This document shows positions 8,095-15,752 of a DNA stretch of 64,000 nt, piece by piece; positions within the stretch are counted from its first letter, which is position 1, and each line of letters opens with the position of its first letter. A model generated the notes under the pieces. The model did no database searches, was not told the origin of the DNA, and worked only from the letters and a program-made list of their open reading frames with translations. Source of the stretch: a virus; the IMG/VR virus record IMGVR_UViG_3300017989_000071, positions 1 to 64,000 of that record. One strand, given 5' to 3'. The translations under genes and the position numbers were made by a program.

Positions 8095-11000
8095 TCAAAC
8101 TCCCGCTTTGCCCGCCAGTAAACCGGTCTTCGGCTTATCGAGCGATCCACCCGCTGCTGAAGCCGGAATGTCCTTCTCGCCCCGCTGGATGCGGTTCATC
8201 AGACCGCCGTGGCCGCCGCCCCCATGCTGCGGGGTCGGGCAGTTATTGGCGATCTTGAACTCCTTCAGGGTCAGGCCCAGCTTCCGGGTGGACTCCTTGG
8301 GTTCGGTGACCGTCTCGAAATCAAAGCCGTCAACAGCCGGTCCGCCCGAAGCGTCCACCACACTCCACTGCCCCCCGTTCGGGCCAATGATCCAGAGCTG
8401 ACCGTGCTCGAACGCCCAATCATATCCCTTGCCCTTCGATCCCGAGATGCCCTGCTGCTTCAAAAACGCTTTGACGGCATCGTATCCATACGAGGGGTCC
8501 GCGCTCTTCAGCTCCGCTTCTCCGAGCCGCTTCATGGCGGTCCCGGTGACCCTGACCAACTGATCGAGGGGCAGGGCCAGATACTTCTTCTGATCGGATG
8601 CGGAGAGGTTGCCGTAAACCGTCAGCACGTTCGCGGCCACCTTCTTGTCGAGGCCGTCGTGAACCACCTCCCCGGCGGCGATCTTCTTCAGCGTCCCCAC
8701 ATCGAAGCCTTGCGCTTCCTCTTCCACCGACTCCAGAGCCTTCATGTCAATCATCGAGAGGATGTCGTAAACCTCGCTGGGGTTTATCGTCCAAGCACCG
8801 TAGCGATTGGACGCCTCATCTCTGATCCAGTCTTCGACATCACCCCGCCGCCGCACACCTGTTTTCCCGAAGTACAATCTCGCGGCTGAGGCAATCTTCT
8901 CTTTTTGTCGCTGCGTTAGACGCTTCGGCTCCCGAGAGGTACGAAATTCCTCAACCGCCTCGTACTGATAGGTGCCGGGGTTGGCGAGCGCGGCGACGGC
9001 GATCTTCTGCTGTTCGGGGGTCAGGTCTTCCCAATTCATCGCCTTGGCATTGCTCGGGATCGTGTTGCTCTCGTCGCCAACCACGACGGGAACCTGAGAC
9101 GTACCCTTTTTGATCGTGGTCGGGATCGCCACGGCGTTGTACGCCCCGTGCCGGTTCTTCGTCTTCCCGGTAACGGTGATCTCACCACCCTTCCGATAGA
9201 CCGCCATGACCGAAGCGGGTTTGGATGCTTCCTCGACCCGCTCGCCCTTCATCTTGCGAATCCGTTTGACCAGATCGACCAGACCGGCCCACCGCTTCTT
9301 ACCCCACGGGGTACTGACCATCTTCTCGTGATCGTCGGCGGCGGTCGGCCAGAGCGCACCAGCCACGGTCTCGGGGTCGCCCCCACCACGCAGCATCGAC
9401 ATGATGCCTTCGCGACTCTTCTTCCCGTAGCTGGTATCGACCTTCATCTTCCCCGACATCAGATCGTCCACGAATGCGGCGACGCTGGCCTCGGTCACCT
9501 CGGGCAACTCATCCCAATCGACATCGACCTCTTCGTCGTCATCGTCTTCTTCGTCGTCCTGCCCCATCATCACCGACTGGATGTCCATCCCGGCGATCAT
9601 GTGGGGGTACATCTTAATCGTCCCATGGCCGACCGGCATTGGAGCCGCCGCGAATCCCGTGGACATCACCGTCTCGGAAATGCCGCTCGCGAAATTCGTC
9701 ACGAACTGCATACCATCCCACGAGATAATCATCGGGTCGATCCCAGCGGACGCATCGAAGTCCATCATGTGAACCAAGCCCTTGTCCGCATCGACCTTGA
9801 TCTGCTCCATCCATGTCCGGGGGTCTTTCAGCCCCGCACCTTCGAGAGCCTTGCGGACCACCTCGTCGGTCGTCGGCTGCAACTCATCGGCGAACTGATC
9901 GCCCTTGACCTGCTTGAAACTGATCGTCGGCCCCATCGTCAGCGGCCACTGCATCGTCTCATCGAGCAGGTAGGCCGCCGCCGGGTACGCACTACCCTCA
10001 CGGGCTTCCTCGATGGCGAGATCGATGCGATCCAACTGCATCACCTCGCCGAACATCTGCCGGAGCATCGGCTTGGCGTTGTTCAGCGCACGCTTGCGGC
10101 CCATCGAGAGGTTGGACCCGGCACGGTTGATGTAGAAATTCAAGCGGCTCATCGCCTGCTTCAGACTTTCGCTTTGGTTGTGAAGAACCGTGGCGACCTC
10201 CTTGGCCGACCGGGTAAACAGACCCTTGGGCGGGGTCCACTTCGTCTTCACCTGTGCCGACCACCTCGCGCCCTGTTCCTCGATCTCCTGAACACGGCCC
10301 AACCGCCACGTCACCCGCGCATCCCACTCTTCGATCTCGGTATGCTCCTTGACACCGGCCAACTTGCGGAGCTGCGCGTCGCTCATATCGGCCAGCGGCA
10401 TAATCGTTGTGCCACCCTTGGGAGTCAGAACCAGCACCGCCGGTTTCCCCCCGTGCTTGCCCTTGTACTCGCCCGGCATCTTGGACCAAATCTTGTCCAT
10501 CCACGCCTTACGCTTCGTGTCCCGCTCGGTCTCCTCACCTATCGCCTCACCGTAAGTGTCCTGCGCCCACTTACTCATAATCGTTTTGTCATGCAAAATC
10601 GCCCTCTGGAAGTCGGACGGTACATCCTTCCACTCAATCTCCGTATCGTTTTGGAGGTTGCGGAGCCGAATCGGTCCAAGATCATACGAGATGATCCGAC
10701 CCGCGTGTTCGAGTACAAACTCCACCGCATGAACCGTATCCATCGGGGCGAGCCGATGAAACTTTGGATTCAAAGTAACGGTGTAGACATCGCGGGTAGC
10801 ACCCTCTTCGTTCTTGAAAATCTTCCCAATCGTCTTCGGCATCGCCGCCTCGAAGATCGGCTCACCCTTCATCGCCCGCTCGATCATCGCATCGGCTTCG
10901 TCGAGGGAGGACGCGGGCGCATCCCCACTCTCAGACGGGTGGTACCCGTAATCGCCGGGATTGCGGGTCATGTCTTTAATCACAGCACGGGACGCGCCGA

Positions 11001-11952
11001 TCAGCTCGTTGGCCGGGTCTCGCCGCAACTCCTCTTCGGCATCGTCCATCGTGAAGTCCTGCGGAAACACGCCGCTCATCATCGAGTCCTTCCACACCCG
11101 GTCGAGGTTGAAGACCAGCTCCACGTTCGACCCCCGGATCGTGTAATCCGTCAGGTGTCGGCTGTTCTGGTAAAGGCGTTCGATCACCGTCTCGGGATCG
11201 TACCGCTGGTAAACCGACCCGATCAGATCGGACAGCAACTTCTTGATGGGGACCGAAACCTTGACCGTGGACTTCGCCTCGGTCACATCGTCCTCATCCT
11301 CCACGACCTCGGTCACACCCTTGAACGAGGTGTAGGCACTGGCGTAGTTATTCTTCGCCGTACCCGCGCCGGACGGGCTGCTGAAGGTAAGGATCGCGGA
11401 CTTCCCCTTCACCGACCCCTTCTTGAAGCCGGTCGCATCCTTGCCGTCGGTTTTGATGTCGTCGAGAAATTCCTTGGCGTCGCCCGGACTCCCGAAATTG
11501 AAGGTCACCGTCGTTGCCTCGGTCAAATCCGATTCTCCATCCTCGACGGACTCGAAGGTCCATCCGTGTTTGTTCTCGGCCCACTGGACCATATCTCCCC
11601 ACGAGGTGAGGAGGAACTTGTTCTCGGTCGGGGAAAACACCACGGTCGTATCGTAGGTGTCCCCGAAATTGACGTACATTGCGACAACCCCCTGCCCCGC
11701 ATTCGCGCCCCAATAGCGTCCATCGACACCGCCGGGGTAGTCGTCAAGCGAAACGTCCGGGCTGGTGATCGCCTCGACGCCGTAACCGCCGATGAGCTCG
11801 TTGATCTCATCCAGCACCTTCTCGATCTGCCGACCGCCGCCACGCTTCTGCATCAGCTGAGCGACCTTCTTCGCCGTCGGGTCGTCGATCTTGAAGAGCT
11901 TCATCAACTCGGTCGGCTTGACTCGGGCTTCTTCGATTTTCGGTTTCGACAT
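8095..11952 (-). CDS. 1285-aa modular polyprotein, putative protease-processed head-internal protein (contains a DUF3175-like module)
   Basis: About 12 unrelated 60-170 aa segments separated by [ILV]-[TEGFK]-E-[AEFWQ] linkers; QAMSRLNFYINRAG at about 10045-10272 resembles DUF3175. Confidence 0.7.
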   Translation of the reverse strand: MSKPKIEEARVKPTELMKLFKIDDPTAKKVAQLMQKRGGGRQIEKVLDEINELIGGYGVEAITSPDVSLDDYPGGVDGRYWGANAGQGVVAMYVNFGDTYDTTVVFSPTENKFLLTSWGDMVQWAENKHGWTFESVEDGESDLTEATTVTFNFGSPGDAKEFLDDIKTDGKDATGFKKGSVKGKSAILTFSSPSGAGTAKNNYASAYTSFKGVTEVVEDEDDVTEAKSTVKVSVPIKKLLSDLIGSVYQRYDPETVIERLYQNSRHLTDYTIRGSNVELVFNLDRVWKDSMMSGVFPQDFTMDDAEEELRRDPANELIGASRAVIKDMTRNPGDYGYHPSESGDAPASSLDEADAMIERAMKGEPIFEAAMPKTIGKIFKNEEGATRDVYTVTLNPKFHRLAPMDTVHAVEFVLEHAGRIISYDLGPIRLRNLQNDTEIEWKDVPSDFQRAILHDKTIMSKWAQDTYGEAIGEETERDTKRKAWMDKIWSKMPGEYKGKHGGKPAVLVLTPKGGTTIMPLADMSDAQLRKLAGVKEHTEIEEWDARVTWRLGRVQEIEEQGARWSAQVKTKWTPPKGLFTRSAKEVATVLHNQSESLKQAMSRLNFYINRAGSNLSMGRKRALNNAKPMLRQMFGEVMQLDRIDLAIEEAREGSAYPAAAYLLDETMQWPLTMGPTISFKQVKGDQFADELQPTTDEVVRKALEGAGLKDPRTWMEQIKVDADKGLVHMMDFDASAGIDPMIISWDGMQFVTNFASGISETVMSTGFAAAPMPVGHGTIKMYPHMIAGMDIQSVMMGQDDEEDDDDEEVDVDWDELPEVTEASVAAFVDDLMSGKMKVDTSYGKKSREGIMSMLRGGGDPETVAGALWPTAADDHEKMVSTPWGKKRWAGLVDLVKRIRKMKGERVEEASKPASVMAVYRKGGEITVTGKTKNRHGAYNAVAIPTTIKKGTSQVPVVVGDESNTIPSNAKAMNWEDLTPEQQKIAVAALANPGTYQYEAVEEFRTSREPKRLTQRQKEKIASAARLYFGKTGVRRRGDVEDWIRDEASNRYGAWTINPSEVYDILSMIDMKALESVEEEAQGFDVGTLKKIAAGEVVHDGLDKKVAANVLTVYGNLSASDQKKYLALPLDQLVRVTGTAMKRLGEAELKSADPSYGYDAVKAFLKQQGISGSKGKGYDWAFEHGQLWIIGPNGGQWSVVDASGGPAVDGFDFETVTEPKESTRKLGLTLKEFKIANNCPTPQHGGGGHGGLMNRIQRGEKDIPASAAGGSLDKPKTGLLAGKAGV

Positions 11953-11982
11953 CGTGAATCTCGCTTTCGTGATTTACGGGGC

Positions 11983-12029
11983 GGACCGGGGAGGGAAACG
12001 GCTTTCGTGTAACCGCCCCTCCCCGGTCC
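11983..12029. promoter_or_regulatory. 13-bp perfect-stem hairpin in the polyprotein 5' leader
   Basis: ggaccggggaggg / ccctccccggtcc; no U-tract. Confidence 0.6.
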
Positions 12030-12054
12030 TAGGAGGAAGTAGAGAAACGTCCTG

Positions 12055-12264
12055 CTACAACCACGTATTCATCCGCACCCGCCGTCGGCCTGACACTGGA
12101 AGACCCAACTCTTCCAACGCCTCGATCTCCGACTGGAGCTCTCGACGCTCGCGGACCGACATCCGGACCCGCTTGCCGAAGCACTCCATCTTCTGCGGTG
12201 CGCCCATATTCCGGCCCCTCGTACTCTTCGGGCCTTTACGCTTTCGGGATTTCGGCTTTCCCAT
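12055..12264 (-). CDS. Small basic protein
   Basis: MGKPKSRKRK...; GGAG RBS. Confidence 0.55.
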   Translation of the reverse strand: MGKPKSRKRKGPKSTRGRNMGAPQKMECFGKRVRMSVRERRELQSEIEALEELGLPVSGRRRVRMNTWL

Positions 12265-12350
12265 GACTTGTCTCCTGTTCAAGTGACAGCCATTTGGAAG
12301 CCCTCCCGCTCGTTGACGATTTCAGCCGGTGGCATCGCAGCGCACCGGGA

Positions 12351-12704
12351 TCAATAATTCTCGCGCTTGGCGAATCCGGACTCGATCATGTGCTCCCCGT
12401 AGTCCTTGCCGGTCGGCAGGATCACGTCGCACGTCCACCGCCCGTACTTGCCGGGCTTGTAGGTCCGAACCTTCATCTTGTTTCCGAGTAGCAGGTTGAC
12501 CGCATGGGCCTTCGCCGCTTCCCCGTGAGTGCGCTCCGCTTCGTTGACCGGACGCCACGTCTCCGGGGCATCGTAGGCATTCAGACGGAAGCGCATGTGA
12601 ACCGTCACATAGAAACCGAGATCGACATCGGCGTCGAAGGTATCGGCGTCAACCACATTCGTAATCTTCGCCCAATACTCATAGCCTGCGCTTCCCGGCA
12701 TCAT
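12351..12704 (-). CDS. Thermonuclease/SNase-like nuclease
   Basis: NVVDADT, RFRLNAYDAPE, GKYGR and MIESGFA motifs. Confidence 0.85.
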   Translation of the reverse strand: MMPGSAGYEYWAKITNVVDADTFDADVDLGFYVTVHMRFRLNAYDAPETWRPVNEAERTHGEAAKAHAVNLLLGNKMKVRTYKPGKYGRWTCDVILPTGKDYGEHMIESGFAKRENY

Positions 12705-12710
12705 CCGCTC

Positions 12711-13628
12711 CTATATCGTGTCGTCGTACTTGCTCTTCTTCGTCTTCCCCGCCTCGGTCACCTCCTGCTCGATCAATTCGTCGGCTCGGCTCATCTCACT
12801 CTCCGGTAGGGGGTTGTTCTGGATCGCGGCCATAAACCGATTCGCCGCTTCCGGGGGCAACTTCTTCCCCTTGGGCGAAACGAAGTGCATGAAATTCTCG
12901 GCGAAATCTTCCTCGTGGTCGCTCTTGGCATAGGACGAGACAAACTGATTCGACTTCTTCCACTCTTCCCTATACCACACCCGCGCTTCACCGGAGAGGT
13001 GGCGACCCCACACATAGTGCGCGAGCTCGTGAAACAGCGAATCCTTCTCGGCTTCGCGAATCCGAATCACCCCGCCCCTGTGCTCCAAGAAGTTGTCCGC
13101 GTAGATCGCAAATTGTCCGAACGTCCTATCGAAAGCCGCAACCGCCGACGGGGGCGCACCGAGATGTATGGGGGGCTTCCTCCACACATGAACGCGCCAC
13201 AACTGATCGGAGAGCCATCCCAACCCCGCACGCTTCAAGTAATTCCGAAGCTGCGAGATGTGGTAGTTAATGACATCGGTTTCTTGCGGATTCTCGGAAT
13301 CCTTATTCCCCCAATGCACCTCATTCCGCTCGCTCACCTCGGGTAGATCGTTCGTTATGAGATGGGGGTGATCGTCGATCCAAATATCCACCTCGTATCC
13401 CGCATCGGCAGCGGCCTTGTCATTGCGCCGCTGGCCGCAGAAGACGATGGGGCACAGGCCGTCGATCTCATCCTTGACGGGTTGGGCCTCGAAGCCCGGA
13501 TCGCCGGGATCGCCGCGCCGGGTTACCACCACCGCATCGTGGCCGTGTGACCGAACCATCCCCACAAACCACTTGAAGAGCTCGGGGGCTTCGGTCCACG
13601 TCCCATCGTAGTCGATTCCGAAAAGCAT
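12711..13628 (-). CDS. HAD-like phosphatase fused to a zincin (HExxH) metallopeptidase-like domain
   Basis: FGIDYDGT...DIWIDD (HAD) then FHELAH...SSYAKSDHEEDFAENF (lethal-factor-like zincin pattern). Confidence 0.75.
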   Translation of the reverse strand: MLFGIDYDGTWTEAPELFKWFVGMVRSHGHDAVVVTRRGDPGDPGFEAQPVKDEIDGLCPIVFCGQRRNDKAAADAGYEVDIWIDDHPHLITNDLPEVSERNEVHWGNKDSENPQETDVINYHISQLRNYLKRAGLGWLSDQLWRVHVWRKPPIHLGAPPSAVAAFDRTFGQFAIYADNFLEHRGGVIRIREAEKDSLFHELAHYVWGRHLSGEARVWYREEWKKSNQFVSSYAKSDHEEDFAENFMHFVSPKGKKLPPEAANRFMAAIQNNPLPESEMSRADELIEQEVTEAGKTKKSKYDDTI

Positions 13629-13631
13629 GAA

Positions 13632-14051
13632 TCAGTAAACGGGCTTGAAGTCGCTCTCGCCCATCAACTTCTCGACCGACTGATCGAGCTGTTCGATAAG
13701 GGCCATAATCTTCGGCTTCAGCTCGCGGGCCATCGCCTGCATCTGCATCTCGACCTCGGCCTTCTGCTCCGGGGTCAGCGGCTCGTTGCTCGAATAGGGG
13801 AGCTGCTTTTCGTAGCAGCGCATCGGACCGCCGCAGGACATCGGGCCGTATCCGGACGCTCCCTCCATCTTGCAACGGATCGACCACTTCCGCCCCGCGC
13901 TGTACTGGCACAGGACCATCTTGAGCTCGATGTCCACGGGAGCCGCATCGGACCTCACGGACACGCCGGAGCGCAGATCGCTCGTGGCTTCATTCAGGGG
14001 ATTCCGCGTCCCCTTCAACTCCCGTTCGATCAACTTGTCCGCTCTGTTCAT
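13632..14051 (-). CDS. Putative head-internal protein with shared leader motif
   Basis: MNRADKLIERELKGTRNPLNEA; the leader ends in an L-x-E-A motif. Confidence 0.65.
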   Translation of the reverse strand: MNRADKLIERELKGTRNPLNEATSDLRSGVSVRSDAAPVDIELKMVLCQYSAGRKWSIRCKMEGASGYGPMSCGGPMRCYEKQLPYSSNEPLTPEQKAEVEMQMQAMARELKPKIMALIEQLDQSVEKLMGESDFKPVY

Positions 14052-14163
14052 GCTCGGCTCCATTCTGCTCCCCGTCGCAATGACAAGTCGCATAATACAT
14101 TGTCGTCAGGACCATGAAGATCAGGCACCCGATTGTCGTCTTCGTCTGCCACTTCATCGGCAC
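13990..14163 (-). CDS. Possible small membrane/exported peptide, 57 aa
   Basis: AAGGAA RBS, GTG start, hydrophobic IGCLIFMVLTTMYY; overlaps the next gene by 62 nt. Confidence 0.35.
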   Translation of the reverse strand: MPMKWQTKTTIGCLIFMVLTTMYYATCHCDGEQNGAEHEQSGQVDRTGVEGDAESPE

Positions 14164-14240
14164 TTCCTTTGAACCGGGGTTTCGTCAGACGGGCACCCCG
14201 GAAGCCTTTTTGAACCACGCTCTACCGCTGGTAGGTGGCG

Positions 14241-14268
14241 GACACCCCCACCCCGAGGTGAGGGTGTC
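14241..14268 (-). terminator. Hairpin directly after the stop at 14270
   Basis: gacaccc-tcacc/ggtgg-gggtgtc stem on the minus strand. Confidence 0.5.
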
Positions 14269-14269
14269 G

Positions 14270-14557
14270 TTACTCCTTCGGCAGCTTGGCCGATGAGCTA
14301 TTGAGGGACGCGATGTTCAACTCCATCGCCCCCTCGGACAGGAACTTGTAGGTGTCCGGCTTCGGATCGAGGGGATCGAAGGGGGTCAGCCCCTTCCCCT
14401 CCAGAAACGCGGTCACCGTCGCCTCGGTCACCGGGAACTCCCCGTCGTACTCTTCGGACACGACCTCCATGTCCACCGAGGGAATCTGCTCGGAGTGGCC
14501 CCTCCTGACCCGGCTGATCCGGATGAAAAAGAGCTTCGTCGCCATCTCGCCGTTCAT
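14270..14557 (-). CDS. Hypothetical protein, tandem paralogue of 14554-14868
   Basis: SEEYDGEFPVTEATVTAFLEGKG vs SAKYDGPLPATRDTLKQFLTEKG. Confidence 0.7.
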   Translation of the reverse strand: MNGEMATKLFFIRISRVRRGHSEQIPSVDMEVVSEEYDGEFPVTEATVTAFLEGKGLTPFDPLDPKPDTYKFLSEGAMELNIASLNSSSAKLPKE

Positions 14558-14868
14558 TGCTGCGCGTTGAGCGAGAGCAGGTTGGCCTCGACCGCCGGGG
14601 GCGAGAGGAAGCTGAAGGCCGGAGCCTTCCCGTCCCACGTCGGCGTCCACTCGACCATCCCCTTTTCGGTCAGAAATTGCTTCAGCGTGTCGCGGGTGGC
14701 GGGCAGCGGCCCGTCATACTTCGCACTCGCGATGTTCATATCCATCGGGGGGAGCGGAGAACCCGGAACCGTCTCGCCGATCCGCTTGTATTCGATGTAG
14801 AAGATAATATCCGAGGGCTTGACGCCTCCAACCGGAATCTGTGGGTCGATGAAGTCACCCGACATCAT
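14554..14868 (-). CDS. Hypothetical protein, tandem paralogue of 14270-14557
   Basis: Shared DM-x(5)-YDG, FL-x-x-KG and FLS...E-x-N-x-x-SLN pattern. Confidence 0.7.
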   Translation of the reverse strand: MMSGDFIDPQIPVGGVKPSDIIFYIEYKRIGETVPGSPLPPMDMNIASAKYDGPLPATRDTLKQFLTEKGMVEWTPTWDGKAPAFSFLSPPAVEANLLSLNAQQ

Positions 14869-15719
14869 GCACTCCTTTCGCTGTTGGCCGCCTCGTAGGT
14901 TTCGTACCACTCGTCTCGGAACTCGGAGTCCACTTCGAGATCGTCGTACCCGGCGGCTTCGAGGGCATCGCGGAGAGCGGCCACGGTCGGGGCACCGGAG
15001 CTCACCGTATCCTTCGCCTTCAGACACTTCCCGATGGCGGCGAACACGTCGGCCCGGAAGGTCTCTTCGTCGGCCTCTTCCTCTTCGGCCTCTTCTTCGA
15101 GCTCACCGTCTTCCTCGGCGGCTTCCTCTTCGGCCTCTTCCTCGGCGTCCTCGTTCTCCGTTTCCGGGGTCTCCACCTCGGGCGTTTCCGGCACGCTGGG
15201 AGACGTATCCGGCTCCTGTGGCGTCTCGGGCGTCTCGGGGGCACTCTCCCCCTCGGTTTCCGTCTCGGGCTTCTCCTGCGGCAATTCCGTGAGCGGCGGG
15301 GGCCGTTTCTTGGACTTCTTCTTGGGTTGGGCGGCCTGCATCGCCGGAGTATCGGCGGGAAGCCCGGAGTCCACGTCCCGTCCCACCCCCTCGGCCCGGA
15401 CGTACCACTCGCCCCCCTGAAGAGCCTTGCCCTTTTCGAGCGACCCGGAGAAGAGCTTGTAGACCACCCCTCGGGGCGGCTGCGGGCGGTTGAGACCCCA
15501 CCCCTCGCTCATCGAGACCACACCGTTCGCCAGCACGTAGCCGCTGAAGGTTCGGTCGAGATCGCTCGGGCTGACCCGGAAGCCTTGGCGGGCGACCCGG
15601 ATGCGCTGTCCACGCAGGGTCAAGATGCCCTCGCTCACCACGATCTGCGTCGGGGTGAAGGAAACTTTGAGTCCCTTGACGTTGACCCCCGGCTGGTGGC
15701 TTTTGAAATGCACTGCCAT
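14865..15719 (-). CDS. Hypothetical protein with acidic linker and small C-terminal helical domain
   Basis: E/A-rich low-complexity linker; SGAPTVAALRDAL...RDEWY resembles HeH/LEM-like phage domains. Confidence 0.7.
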   Translation of the reverse strand: MAVHFKSHQPGVNVKGLKVSFTPTQIVVSEGILTLRGQRIRVARQGFRVSPSDLDRTFSGYVLANGVVSMSEGWGLNRPQPPRGVVYKLFSGSLEKGKALQGGEWYVRAEGVGRDVDSGLPADTPAMQAAQPKKKSKKRPPPLTELPQEKPETETEGESAPETPETPQEPDTSPSVPETPEVETPETENEDAEEEAEEEAAEEDGELEEEAEEEEADEETFRADVFAAIGKCLKAKDTVSSGAPTVAALRDALEAAGYDDLEVDSEFRDEWYETYEAANSERSA

Positions 15720-15752
15720 GATGTTTCTCCCTTACCGACTGTGCGTTGACTG

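Noticed and set aside
14990-15300. Apparent tandem repeats (tcttcctcttcggcc...)
   Set aside because: Low-complexity Glu/Ala/Pro-coding linker, not a discrete repeat element.
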